From assembly GCA_965198235.1 (NCBI GenBank), contig OZ240248.1, forward strand, positions 3,424,001 to 3,488,000: a DNA stretch of 64,000 bases. Reading direction: 5' to 3'. The position numbers were made by a program, and so were the translations under genes. This document shows, piece after piece, positions 49,519 through 59,728 of this stretch. The notes under the pieces are model-generated. The model saw only the letters and a program-made list of their open reading frames with translations, was not told the origin of the DNA and ran no database searches. This stretch comes from Candidatus Poribacteria bacterium (GTDB taxonomy: Bacteria > Poribacteria > WGA-4E > WGA-3G). Numbering within the stretch: the stretch's first letter is position 1; each line of letters opens with the position of its first letter.

Positions 49519-49971
49519 TCTAACAATTGGCACAAGCAAAAACGGAGAGTCGAACGTATCCACTATCGGATTGCGTGTATCCGAGAAGACGCACACCACA
49601 AAGCGACGACTGCGATCGTCAAGAGTGCGAGTGCTATTGGCATCGAAACGCTGAAAGTGTCGAACCTACTAAAGCACCGAAAACTCTCAAAATCCCTGTC
49701 TGATTCAGCTTTGGGTGGATTTTTGAGTAAATTGAAAAGCAAAGCAGAAACACTGTGTGTCAAAGTCGTAGAGGCCCCACAGTTTTTCGCCTCAAGTAAA
49801 ACCTGTAGCAGTTGTGGTCATAAGAAAGAAGCATTGTCGTTAGCAGAGAGGCAGTATTATTGCCAAAGTTGCGGTTTCACCGAAGATCGTGACGTAAACG
49901 CTGCTATCAACCTAAGAACCCTCGCCCGCGGTTCGCTGGGAGAGGTAAAACGCCTTGTGGAGTCCGTGTAA
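49519..49971 (+). pseudogene. 5'-truncated tnpB (IS200/IS605/IS607 OrfB)
   Basis: SNNWHKQK..IGIETL..SSKTCSSCG..CQSCG..DRDVNAAINL; in-frame TAG at 49462 and no N-terminal half. Confidence 0.85.
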
Positions 49972-50069
49972 GACCTCGTTTGGAGGCAGTGGACGTTGAA
50001 GCAGGAACACTAAAACGAGATATATCCGCTTTTGTGTTGATATATCCAGTTTTGAAGGAACAGTTATCA

Positions 50070-50945
50070 ATGTTCAACGCTAATCCTTTCCGCCAGCCAG
50101 GACAATGGTACCGAGGAAATACACATAGTCACAGCACAGAATCCGACGGGCAGCTTCCCATGTCGGACCGGTTCGCAGCATATCGTGAAGCAGGATACGA
50201 TTTCCTTGTGCTAACAGATCACCGTAAGGTTAACGATGTAAGTGCTTACAGTACGTCGGATTTTTTGGCAATATCAGGAAGCGAAGTACATCCATCCAAT
50301 CCTTATGGAGGTGCGACGTATCACTTTGTCGCCATTAATATTCATGAGGCAGTGAATTGCGCAAAGATGCACCCGAACGCAGTGATTGATGAAATTAAAG
50401 CGCAGGGGGGTGAAGCCGTTTTGTGTCATCCCTATTGGTGCGGTCACACGATTACAGATTATTTACCGTTGCGTGGTTATTTCGCGCTTGAAGTCTACAA
50501 CGACACCTGTATGGGCATTGGCAAGGGCTTTTCCGAGCAGGCATGGGATGATTTGCTGGATAGAGGTGGACCCGTTCTCGGTATCGCCTCGGACGATGCA
50601 CACGGCACCGAACACGACTGCTTTCATGGATGGATTATGGTAAAAACGCAAGAGTTGACGATTGAGGGTATCATGGAAGCACTCCGAACGGGCGCGTTTT
50701 ATTCTACACTTGGACCCGAAATTGAGGATATGGCGTTAGAGGGTAAAGAGTTGACGGTTAAGTGTTCGCCAGCGCAGTCGATTGTTTTTAAAGCGGAATG
50801 CAGTCGCGGTCAGCGAATTCTGCCACCAGAGGGTGAACTCTTGACCGAGGCGACATATAGTATTCCGAACAGCGTGAAATACGTTCGGGTTGAAGTAACA
50901 GATGAAACGGGTAAGAAGGCCTGGTCGAACCCGTTCTTTTTCTAA
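50070..50945 (+). CDS. PHP-domain metallohydrolase (CehA/McbA-like)
   Basis: GNTHSHSTESDG, LTDH, CHP, SDDAH, AWSNP. Confidence 0.85.
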   Translation: MFNANPFRQPGQWYRGNTHSHSTESDGQLPMSDRFAAYREAGYDFLVLTDHRKVNDVSAYSTSDFLAISGSEVHPSNPYGGATYHFVAINIHEAVNCAKMHPNAVIDEIKAQGGEAVLCHPYWCGHTITDYLPLRGYFALEVYNDTCMGIGKGFSEQAWDDLLDRGGPVLGIASDDAHGTEHDCFHGWIMVKTQELTIEGIMEALRTGAFYSTLGPEIEDMALEGKELTVKCSPAQSIVFKAECSRGQRILPPEGELLTEATYSIPNSVKYVRVEVTDETGKKAWSNPFFF

Positions 50946-50979
50946 GACAATACGTCTCGGTGTTTTCATTGGTGTTGTG

Positions 50980-51990
50980 ATGCAAAACATTCTGGTGTGC
51001 CAGACAGGTGGCTGGATCGGTGATATGGTGCTGCTAACCCCCGCGTTGCGCGCCCTAAAGCATGCATCCCCTGAATCCCGTCTGGAGCTTCTACTGCGTC
51101 CTCGCGTCGCAGATTTGATGGAATCGCACCCTTATGTTGATGCCTGCATCGTTGATGAAAAAACAGAAGGACGCTGCCGATCGCTCACGAGGTTAGTACG
51201 TCAAATACGAGATAAATTTTTTGACCATGCTGTCGTGTTGCATCCTACCTCATTCCGAAACGCTTTACTGCCGTTCCTCGCGCGAATTCCCATTCGCGTT
51301 GGTACGAACGTCAGTGGACGTGGAATGTTGCTAACGAAGTCTTGTCGGGATGATACAAACGTCCATGAGGTCCATCGCTATCTACGGGTGCTGCAGCTGC
51401 TGGATATTGATACCACATCGGATGATTTGGAGTTTTGGCATACAGATGCTGACCGGCATTTCATTGAAAATCTCTTGCGTACTGAAGGTGTTTCACTCGA
51501 CGATCGACTGATCGCTGTTAACTTAGGCACAACGTGGACGACAAAACGCTGGGACATCGTAAATTTCACCGAGGTTATCCAACAAATTACACGCCTTGTC
51601 CAAGAAGCGAAGATTGTATTGACAGGTTCACGCGCTGAGCAGACACTTACAGAAGCATTACCTGCCTCGTTACCGATAATTAATCTCGTCGGAAAGACAT
51701 CGATTCTGCAGCTTGGTGCGTTGTTAGAAAGGTGTGAAGTGTGTTTAACCTGTGATAGCGGTCCTATGCACATCGCCGCCGCGGTCAGCACACCAACGGT
51801 AGCCCTCTTCGGTCCGACGGATCCGACGCGACATCGTCCTTACGGTATTGGGCATACGGTCATTGAGAAGCCGGTCTCGTGTCGTCCGTGCTACAAGCGG
51901 TCGTGTTATCGACAAGACGCACCACACCTCTGCATGCAAGAAATCGGAACACGTGAAGTCGTAAAAGCGGTAGAGACAAGATTGTATTAG
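50980..51990 (+). CDS. waaF: GT9 glycosyltransferase, LPS heptosyltransferase II-like
   Basis: WIGDMVL, KRW, DSGPMHIAAA, ALFGPT, CRPC. Confidence 0.8.
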   Translation: MQNILVCQTGGWIGDMVLLTPALRALKHASPESRLELLLRPRVADLMESHPYVDACIVDEKTEGRCRSLTRLVRQIRDKFFDHAVVLHPTSFRNALLPFLARIPIRVGTNVSGRGMLLTKSCRDDTNVHEVHRYLRVLQLLDIDTTSDDLEFWHTDADRHFIENLLRTEGVSLDDRLIAVNLGTTWTTKRWDIVNFTEVIQQITRLVQEAKIVLTGSRAEQTLTEALPASLPIINLVGKTSILQLGALLERCEVCLTCDSGPMHIAAAVSTPTVALFGPTDPTRHRPYGIGHTVIEKPVSCRPCYKRSCYRQDAPHLCMQEIGTREVVKAVETRLY

Positions 51991-52037
51991 AAGGATTGTG
52001 TTGTTTAAACATAAAACTAACAAAAAGGGAAGAGTGA

Positions 52038-52787
52038 ATGAAGGACATCCGCGCATTGGTATTCGATTTCGGTGGAACTTTAGATGGAAATGGTGTCCAT
52101 TGGTTGGAACGAACGTATCAGTTTATCCGCGAACGGCATCCTGAGATTACGCGTGAGGCCTTCGACGTAGCGGATAAAGCAGCGGTAACAGCATTTGCAC
52201 TCGATGATACTTCTGTTGAGTGGTCTTACCAAGACGGTTCGATGTTACCCGTCGGTGCGGTCGCAAGTGAAACTGCAGCGCGTTGTTCATTGCGAGAAAC
52301 GGCTGATGCAATTGCAGTGGAAATTTATGAGCGGCTTGGGTTAAGCGAGAGAATGAAAGACGCGTACGTCGCGTGGTTCTGCGAGGGTGCCGCTAAAAGC
52401 CTCGCAGAGAATCGGCGATGGCTTGAGACACTTCATGGCACCTATCAGCTCGCTGTGATTAGTAATAACTTTGGGAACACCCGCGGGTGGTGCGATGAAT
52501 ATGGACTCTCACCGTTGCTTGAGGTGATTATAGATTCGACAGTTTTGGGTATAGCGAAGCCGGACGCTCGCATATTTGAGGCGGCTTTGTCGGAATTGGG
52601 AGTTATGCCGAGTCAAGCTATCTACGTTGGGGATAGTTACGCTGCAGATATGGTTGGTGGTAAGAATGCAGGCATGTGGACTGCGTGGCTTGTTGGAGAT
52701 CAGATGAAAGCGTGTCCAGATCTCTCTATGGTAGATGTTCAGCTCTCTCATCTGCACGAATTGACGGGTTTTCTGGAGGGAAAATAA
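52038..52787 (+). CDS. HAD-family hydrolase
   Basis: FDFGGTLD, ISN, KPDARIF, YVGD..D. Confidence 0.88.
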   Translation: MKDIRALVFDFGGTLDGNGVHWLERTYQFIRERHPEITREAFDVADKAAVTAFALDDTSVEWSYQDGSMLPVGAVASETAARCSLRETADAIAVEIYERLGLSERMKDAYVAWFCEGAAKSLAENRRWLETLHGTYQLAVISNNFGNTRGWCDEYGLSPLLEVIIDSTVLGIAKPDARIFEAALSELGVMPSQAIYVGDSYAADMVGGKNAGMWTAWLVGDQMKACPDLSMVDVQLSHLHELTGFLEGK

Positions 52788-52858
52788 AATTTTCAGAAGG
52801 TAATGGGCAGACACCTCGTTCCGCCCATTAGATTGTGTTGTTCGGATGCGGGACATTG

Positions 52859-53524
52859 CTACATTTCTCGATGAAGACCGATCACTTTACCGAGTATCAT
52901 TACGTTCTTGACATCGAAGATGCTCGGTTCAATCGATGGATTTTCCGGTTGCAACCGGACTTGGTCGCCATCAATAAAGAAGCGTTTCACCGTTGCTTCG
53001 TCTTCAACCAGCGCGACGACAATATCACCCGGATCGGCATTTGATTGTCTTCTAACAATGACAAAATCACCGTCCAGAATTCCCACGCCGATCATGCTCG
53101 ATCCGATGATGCGGAGTGCAAAGCACTCGTAGTCGTTAAGCATGCGCGTCGGCATTGGAAGTGTGCCTTCAATATTCTGTGATGCGAGGAGCGGTTCGCC
53201 TGCTGCTACGCGTCCAAAAATCGGGATCTCTGTAACATTCCGTTGCACTTCCGCCAAAGCCAGATTTGCGTTCTGCCCTTCCAGCCATTTGCTGGTTGCA
53301 AGCTTCGGATCTGCCTCTTTTAAAATGGAGATTGCGCGTGGTTTACCATCTTCCCGGCTGATGTACTTTTTTTTCTCAAGTGCATTGAGATGGTCATGTG
53401 CCGCCTTTTCTGAAAAGCCAAATTGGCTACCTATCTCGCGAATCGTCGGTGGGTAGCCCTCCTTGATACGTGTCTGAATATAGGTGAAAATCTCGCGTTG
53501 TCTACCTGTCAAGGTCTTTGCCAT
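52859..53524 (-). CDS. lexA: LexA repressor
   Basis: LTGRQ, PPTIREI, GRVAAG cleavage site, GSSM, ATVKR; AGGAG RBS. Confidence 0.95.
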   Translation of the reverse strand: MAKTLTGRQREIFTYIQTRIKEGYPPTIREIGSQFGFSEKAAHDHLNALEKKKYISREDGKPRAISILKEADPKLATSKWLEGQNANLALAEVQRNVTEIPIFGRVAAGEPLLASQNIEGTLPMPTRMLNDYECFALRIIGSSMIGVGILDGDFVIVRRQSNADPGDIVVALVEDEATVKRFFIDGDQVRLQPENPSIEPSIFDVKNVMILGKVIGLHREM

Positions 53525-53702
53525 GAGTCTATCTCCTATAGTAAGCATTAGTTTATATTTATATATTATGCTATATTCAGTTTAAAAATGCAAGGAAAAA
53601 ATTAATCTTTTATTTCCCGCATTGAAACTGGCGGGTTATAAGAGAATTGAAACCGAATGGAGCTGTTAACGTCTTAATTGAATTAAAGGAAGAATTTGGA
53701 AA

Positions 53703-54356
53703 ATGCAAAGTCTAAGTTGTTTTGCGCGTTTTTTCGCTAAACACAACCTTGCCGTTTTGATAATTGCTTCGGTTATCGGGGTTATAGGTGTAGGGTTTGC
53801 GAAAGAGAAGGCAGAGAAGGTTGAGCTTGACACCATTGTCAAGGACTTTACGCTCAAGGATGCTGGTGGCACCTCTCATGCTCTGTATAAACTCAGTGAA
53901 GAGAAACCTGCCACAGTTATTCTGTTCCTCGCTACGCAATGCCCAATAGCAACAGACTATGCGGAGCGAATCGTTGCCTTAGTCAAGACTTATGATGAAA
54001 AGAGCGTGCAATTTATCGGAATAAATTCAAATAAACAAGAGAAGGTCGAAGAGATTACGGAATACAGTGAGAAGCACGGCTTTGAATTTCCTGTGCTAAA
54101 AGACCCGGAGAACAAAATTGCTGATTATTTCGGCGCGAGAAGGACACCAGAAGTCTTTCTTCTTGACGCGGAACGTGTCCTGCGCTACGTAGGCGCAATT
54201 GACAATAGTCCGAAGGAGCCTACGAAAAGTTATCTTCAAGACGCTTTGGATTTGGTAATCACCGGGAAAGATATTCCAAAATCATCCAAAAAGACAAGAG
54301 CCGTCGGATGTACGATTAAACGAATTCGGAAAACGGATGTAGATAGAACGCCGTGA
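53703..54356 (+). CDS. Thioredoxin-fold redoxin (AhpC/TSA-like), secreted
   Basis: DFTLKD, QCPI, GINSN, RTPEVF, GAID, GCTIK. Confidence 0.85.
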   Translation: MQSLSCFARFFAKHNLAVLIIASVIGVIGVGFAKEKAEKVELDTIVKDFTLKDAGGTSHALYKLSEEKPATVILFLATQCPIATDYAERIVALVKTYDEKSVQFIGINSNKQEKVEEITEYSEKHGFEFPVLKDPENKIADYFGARRTPEVFLLDAERVLRYVGAIDNSPKEPTKSYLQDALDLVITGKDIPKSSKKTRAVGCTIKRIRKTDVDRTP

Positions 54357-54414
54357 ATTCCAACCGCAACCCTTGATCTCTTCGTTGAGCGTCACGCAGG
54401 GAGCGAAAAGACAA

Positions 54415-56880
54415 ATGCTTCGGTTTTTATATCATCTTTTTCAGGCAGTGTTAACGCTATTTTGGTTTGTAGGTATATGCGTGTTTCTGGCGGTTTTTGC
54501 TGGCATTGGGTTTGCAGGCGGCATGTTGCTCGCGTGTTGGGAAGATGTCCGAGACATCGACCTATATCGACTTGAATACGATGCCGATATCCAGACGTGG
54601 CGGCAGCATCTGGAGGTTTACTCTGCAGTCTGCAAAGTGCAGGAAACTGATAAAATCGCGTTTTTGCTCGATAAATTGGAACGTTTGGAGTACAAGAAAG
54701 TTGCGGAACTCATTCCGAGGTTGAGTGCTCCAGGAGAGTATGCAGTCGCAACGGACGGAACCGTTCGTATCCATCTGCGGGATTTTGAGTATCCGAATCT
54801 TGATGTAAAGGCGGGACACGTTCGGATTTCAGTTAAGGATGGGAAAATTGCCGCCATCCGGAATGCGAATAATTCTGTGCGCCAGAATTTCTATCTTGAA
54901 CCCGAGAAAATCGGCGAGTTTGCTGATGATGAAGGTTCCACGCGTCGTCTCATTCCGCTACTGCAAATGCCTGACAAGCTCACAGGGGCATTCACTGCTA
55001 TTGAGGATCGGCGATTTTCTGAACATTGGGGAATTGATCTGATACGTCTCGCCGGGGCGTTCAAAAACAACCTGTTGCACGGCAGTCGCTTGGCTGGGAC
55101 CAGCACATTGACCCAACAATTGGCACGAAATATCTATCTTTTCGATCAGCGATCGGACAGAAGCGTGATTCGGAAGGCAAGAGAGATACTGCTCGCTGTG
55201 AAAATTGAGAAAGCTTTCTCTAAAGACGAGATTTTTGAACGCTATCTGAACCACGTTGATTTAGGGAGGTCGAGGTATGGCGGAAAAACGTATCATGGCG
55301 TTCAGCAAGCGGCACTCGGATATTTCGGGAAAGAGGTCTCGGAACTGAACTATCACGAGTGTGCATTGCTCGCAGCACTTCCGAAAGGTCCCTACGCTTT
55401 TTCACCGTTTTCCAACCCGGAAAGAGCGCTAAATCGACGGAATATCGTACTCGACCAGATGTTTGAGCAGGCTTATATCACTACTGTACCTGAATGGCGT
55501 ACAAGCCGAGATGCCCCACTCCTCCCGCCAAACCTGCCCAGAAAAGCGACAAGAACAGCACTGAAAGCGGCTGGACACTTTCTTGACTACGTCCATGAAG
55601 AACTCGTTCGACTGCCTGAACTTAAAGATAATTTGTATAGTGGTGGATTAAAAGTTTACACCACGATAGATATGTCCATGCAAGCCGTTGCGGAAAGAGA
55701 GGTCGCCAAGCACCTCCGCGTGATGGATAAAACATACGGTGGTCGGCGTCTACCCGATTACGATACCAATAAGCGGAATCCACACGGCATCGATCCGATT
55801 AATGATTACTTGCAGGCGGCGCTTATTGCTTATGAACCAAAAACGGGACACATTAAAGCGATGGTCGGTGGTAGGAATTACAACATTACAGCGAATAAGA
55901 TAAATTTCTATAATCGAGTTGTTGGCACTGCAAGACGACAACCCGGTTCTGCATTTAAACCGATTGTTTTTGCGGCATTGTTAGAAGAACCTGCGATTGT
56001 GACACCCACGACGATTATTGTTGATGAGGAATGGGGAATACTTCCTTTCCCTGGACAGCCGATGTGGTATCCTCGTAATTATAGTAAATGGTTTAAGGGC
56101 AAAGTTACCGTGCGCGATGTGCTTACGAGTTCAATTAACGTGCCGACAGCTAAAGCCATGTTGGGCACACCGATAGCTGAAAACGGTAAATGGGAAGGGC
56201 TAAATCGTGTTGTGGATTTGAGCAGGAGAATGGGCATTAAAAGTCCATTGGATCCAGTGCCGGCTCTCTCTTTAGGCGCGTCTAGTGTAACAGTCCTTGA
56301 ACTCACCTCCGTGTATGGTATCTTCGCAAACGGTGGTGTCCAGACGAAACCGGTGCATATTCAGTACGTGCTGGACACAGCGGGGAGAACTATTTATACT
56401 TCTGATAACCGTCAGGATAAACGGACCCGTGTCTTAGATGAAAAAGTCGCATATCAGATTACCTCGTTTTTGGGGAGTGTGATTCAGGATGGCACAGGTG
56501 GGCGCGCGAAGCGGATGGGACTGACTCGACCGGCAGCGGGTAAAACAGGGACTACCAATGAAAACGTAGACGCTTGGTTTGTCGGTTATACCGCAGATCT
56601 TGTTGTCGGTGTTTGGGTTGGATTCGATAAGAATCGGTCGACTCGTCGTAACTACAATCAGGAAGGTGCCAAGGCAGCACTGCCGATCTGGGCACAATTT
56701 ATGATTGATGCCGCTCGAGGTCCAAAAAAACCGTTCTCTGTTCCGAAAGGTATTGTTTTTCGAGAGGTAGATAAAAAGAGTGGGCTTCTGAAAAAGATTG
56801 GTAGATGTCCAGAGGAGAACATTAGCACGGAACCCTTCATCGAAGGACAGGAACCTGTCCGACTTTGCACGCTCCATTGA
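54415..56880 (+). CDS. Class A penicillin-binding protein (transglycosylase-transpeptidase, PBP1b-like)
   Basis: EDRRF..H.G, STLTQQLARN, GSAFK, SIN, KTG. Confidence 0.93.
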   Translation: MLRFLYHLFQAVLTLFWFVGICVFLAVFAGIGFAGGMLLACWEDVRDIDLYRLEYDADIQTWRQHLEVYSAVCKVQETDKIAFLLDKLERLEYKKVAELIPRLSAPGEYAVATDGTVRIHLRDFEYPNLDVKAGHVRISVKDGKIAAIRNANNSVRQNFYLEPEKIGEFADDEGSTRRLIPLLQMPDKLTGAFTAIEDRRFSEHWGIDLIRLAGAFKNNLLHGSRLAGTSTLTQQLARNIYLFDQRSDRSVIRKAREILLAVKIEKAFSKDEIFERYLNHVDLGRSRYGGKTYHGVQQAALGYFGKEVSELNYHECALLAALPKGPYAFSPFSNPERALNRRNIVLDQMFEQAYITTVPEWRTSRDAPLLPPNLPRKATRTALKAAGHFLDYVHEELVRLPELKDNLYSGGLKVYTTIDMSMQAVAEREVAKHLRVMDKTYGGRRLPDYDTNKRNPHGIDPINDYLQAALIAYEPKTGHIKAMVGGRNYNITANKINFYNRVVGTARRQPGSAFKPIVFAALLEEPAIVTPTTIIVDEEWGILPFPGQPMWYPRNYSKWFKGKVTVRDVLTSSINVPTAKAMLGTPIAENGKWEGLNRVVDLSRRMGIKSPLDPVPALSLGASSVTVLELTSVYGIFANGGVQTKPVHIQYVLDTAGRTIYTSDNRQDKRTRVLDEKVAYQITSFLGSVIQDGTGGRAKRMGLTRPAAGKTGTTNENVDAWFVGYTADLVVGVWVGFDKNRSTRRNYNQEGAKAALPIWAQFMIDAARGPKKPFSVPKGIVFREVDKKSGLLKKIGRCPEENISTEPFIEGQEPVRLCTLH

Positions 56881-57339
56881 ACAGGCAGAACCTGTCAACG
56901 ACAGCCATCAAAATCTGTCAATGAATGAGAGTGAAACCCAACAGAACCCTTCAGTGAATGGGGAATGACACCCCGAAAATTGTCGCTTTGCTCGAGAATC
57001 AGATCGCCGACGGGACATTAAAATGCGGACACTCGACAGGGCTTTATGGAAGTTTCCTTATACCGAAGAAGGAAAGGTGCTCTTTGCAAAAGAATCGACA
57101 CCCTGAAAAGGTCCCCGCGGCAGCGAAACCAGAATAGACAGATTTGAGATACATGAGCAAAAGCCAACACTACTTCCAAGCCCTGATTTGATAGTCAGAT
57201 ATAGGATTGACCTGCATGGGTAAAATCAAACGCTCTCCTAAATCCGCCCGATTTCCAACCTCCGGAATCGGGCATCACATTTTTTGAGGTTGACACCCAA
57301 GCGCAAATATGATTTACTATCTCCAAAAGGAGACATCCG

Positions 57340-57666
57340 ATGAAAACCATTCTCGCTCTCTCAATACTGTTCTGTACGATCGCCTGGTTTCCAGTTCGTG
57401 CCGAACTAACGAAGACGGATTTAGAGAAGATCCGTCAGATATTTCGAGAGGAATTTCGAGAAGAATTGGGAAAAATCGCCATAGATCCTATAGACACCAG
57501 TCTTGGTGAAATAGAAGCGACCTTTGATGAGATAGACACGCACTTTGATAGCATCAATCGGAACCTCGATCGGATGCAAATTATGCTTTGGATTGCTACG
57601 GTTCTGGTCGTGGTTGCCGGGGTTTTTAATTGGACATATGTTTTCAAATCGTGGCGTTCGCGATAG
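57340..57666 (+). CDS. Small signal peptide + coiled-coil + TM protein (paralog 1)
   Basis: AGGAG RBS; MKTILALSILF..ELTxxDLEKIR shared with 57823. Confidence 0.75.
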   Translation: MKTILALSILFCTIAWFPVRAELTKTDLEKIRQIFREEFREELGKIAIDPIDTSLGEIEATFDEIDTHFDSINRNLDRMQIMLWIATVLVVVAGVFNWTYVFKSWRSR

Positions 57667-57822
57667 GGTTTCCGTTGAATCAAAAAGCGACTTGCCCTTT
57701 TACCCCCGAATGTTGTATAATATGATCCAGTTTTGGGTGGCACTGCAAAGCTTGCTGCAAGACATGTCTGCCACCCTCCCACCTTTGCAGGGGGATAAAT
57801 CAAACTGGAACTGGAACACCCC

Positions 57823-58182
57823 ATGAAAACGATACTCGCGCTCTCGATACTCTTTTCTGTGATCGCTTTACCCGTTTTCGGTGAGTTAACCGCTGAAGAC
57901 CTGGAAAAGATACGTGAGATCGTCAAATCGTCAGAAACCGAGTTAAAGTCAGATATTGAGAAAATTAACTCAAAAATTGATGCCATAGATACGCGCCTTC
58001 GGACTGTGGAAACAGGTGTTGCGGAATTGCGAGGACGCAACATTGGCGTTTCCGTCCTAAAGGATTGGCTTGTCGTCATCTGTGCGGTTGCTGCTATCAT
58101 CATCTCAATCATTTCTTTACGCAAAGCACAAACGGCTATCTCACCAACCGCACAGGACACCCCCAAAACAGTGTCTCAATAA
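57823..58182 (+). CDS. Small signal peptide + coiled-coil + TM protein (paralog 2)
   Basis: Same N-terminus; IDTRLRTVETGVAELRG heptads; TTGCCC-18-TATAAT upstream. Confidence 0.75.
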   Translation: MKTILALSILFSVIALPVFGELTAEDLEKIREIVKSSETELKSDIEKINSKIDAIDTRLRTVETGVAELRGRNIGVSVLKDWLVVICAVAAIIISIISLRKAQTAISPTAQDTPKTVSQ

Positions 58183-58199
58183 AGGCGAGGTATCCAACC

Positions 58200-58940
58200 A
58201 TGAAAGGCACACGTCCCCTCGATAACCACGAAATCCGCAGAGTATCCGCATGTTTCACCGGCACGTTTGAAGCTCGCAATCGCGGGCTTTTCATGCTCGG
58301 CGTTTCAACTGGTGGACGCATCTCTGAACTGCTCAGCCTAACCATCGGCGATGTCTACCAGAACCGTGCCGCGGTCACCGATCTGCTCTACGATAAATTC
58401 ATTGTGAAAGGTGGGGAAGTCTCCAGAGTCGTGCCTGTCAACAAAGACGGCAGACTCGCGATTGACGCGCTCATTGCTTGGCACCGCAAGCAATACGGAA
58501 ACACCAAAGCCAACCGTCCCCTGTTCCCATCGAGAAACGGACACGGAAACCCACAACGGATGTCGCGACGAACCGCACACGATGTCTTGAAAAAGGCGTT
58601 TGAGGCAGCCGGACTCAACGGACACCTCGCCACACACAGCCTACGAAAAAGTTTTGCGCAGCGACTCTACGACCGCACCGGTGATATTTTCGCCGTCCAG
58701 GAAATGTTAGGGCATAAAAACGTCGCGACAACCCAGAAATACTTGAGGGTCAACTACGCCTCCGTTCGGGAAGCACTCGAGGAAATGGCGGTGTCTGGTG
58801 AACTGCACACAATCTACCAAACGCATAACTTGCTGAATACAATTGATGAAGATGCGTCTTTATCGGAGCTGGCATGTCGTGGTCACGACATCTTCAGACT
58901 ACGGGGTGAGGTGACGCCTGCAGAGATTCCCAAGATCTGA
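58200..58940 (+). CDS. Tyrosine recombinase, catalytic domain only
   Basis: TGGRISE, VKG, HSLRK, LGH, TQKY; GAGG RBS before ATG 58200. Confidence 0.9.
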   Translation: MKGTRPLDNHEIRRVSACFTGTFEARNRGLFMLGVSTGGRISELLSLTIGDVYQNRAAVTDLLYDKFIVKGGEVSRVVPVNKDGRLAIDALIAWHRKQYGNTKANRPLFPSRNGHGNPQRMSRRTAHDVLKKAFEAAGLNGHLATHSLRKSFAQRLYDRTGDIFAVQEMLGHKNVATTQKYLRVNYASVREALEEMAVSGELHTIYQTHNLLNTIDEDASLSELACRGHDIFRLRGEVTPAEIPKI

Positions 58941-59004
58941 TAACTTAAGGTGGAAATTGAATTGTTGAACCTAACGTTTGTTCTGTTCTGGCGACGTATT
59001 TTTT

Positions 59005-59131
59005 TATGGTAGATTTTGGAATTAATTAGACACTCTCAAGAGGCGAGGTTACAAACCTCGCCAGCGGCGGTGGGGCGCGTTTCGGGTCTATAATCCACTG
59101 AAGTGTCTATGTGTTTTTAGAATTCACCATA
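59005..59131. mobile_element. MITE-like element enclosing an empty REP hairpin
   Basis: TATGGTAGATT..TAGACACT / AGTGTCTA..AATTCACCATA; internal GGCGAGGTTACAAACCTCGCC. Confidence 0.65.
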
Positions 59132-59525
59132 GTTGCCTTATTTTGGCAGAAACGATTTCGTGTCTCTAACCTGAAAGGAAACCTGGTGAAAAACAATTAT
59201 AGCTCCTGTGTATTTCACAAGCGAAGCGGAGGCACTCGCGTTTAGGAACATGGCATATGAAAGGCTTATAGCGGCATTGGACTACGAAATCGAACGTAAA
59301 AGATTACGTATCAAAGTTGGATGGGGTTTGTCCGGCACACCCAAAGAATATCATGGTGTCGCTTTTCATCTAAGCCTATTCTGCGAGGATGTAGAGGAAT
59401 AGATTTGCGATATTCAGTTATAAATCTCACGATACTCAGTCCCTGCAATATAGTCCTGAGATAGCACCAGAGCCATTCAGTTTTCGGTTTTCTGAGTCCA
59501 TTATCAGGAATAGGGGCGCGATGCT

Positions 59526-59647
59526 ATCCTCAAGAATCGGGGTTACAAACCCCTCCCACAAAAGTAATCCTCAAGAATCGGGGTTACAAACCCCTCCCAC
59601 AAAAGTAATCCTCAAGAATCGGGGTTACAAACCCCTCCCACAAAAGT
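59526..59647. repeat. Tandem 41-bp repeat x3 of a REP-like unit
   Basis: ATCCTCAAGAATCGGGGTTACAAACCCCTCCCACAAAAGTA at 59526, 59567, 59608. Confidence 0.92.
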
Positions 59648-59728
59648 GATTCGTGACAATTGAATGCCTCTGGAGATAACACAAATCTCTCTACACATTT
59701 TTGGCGGAGTATGGTATACTATATAAAA

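Noticed and set aside
49657-49971. Intact mini Cas12f/TnpB nuclease
   Set aside because: Lacks the N-terminal half including RuvC-I, and has an upstream in-frame stop
53525-53700. LexA (SOS) box shared by lexA and uvrB
   Set aside because: No convincing shared palindrome or known SOS-box consensus found by eye
59208-59402. Short ORFs at 59208-59402 and 56957-57136 as genes
   Set aside because: No RBS or motif support and surrounded by repeat elements; possibly gene remnants, but not assignable
59526-59647. Possible CRISPR array
   Set aside because: Units are contiguous and identical with no unique spacers; no cas genes; the core recurs as a REP-like element at 21307
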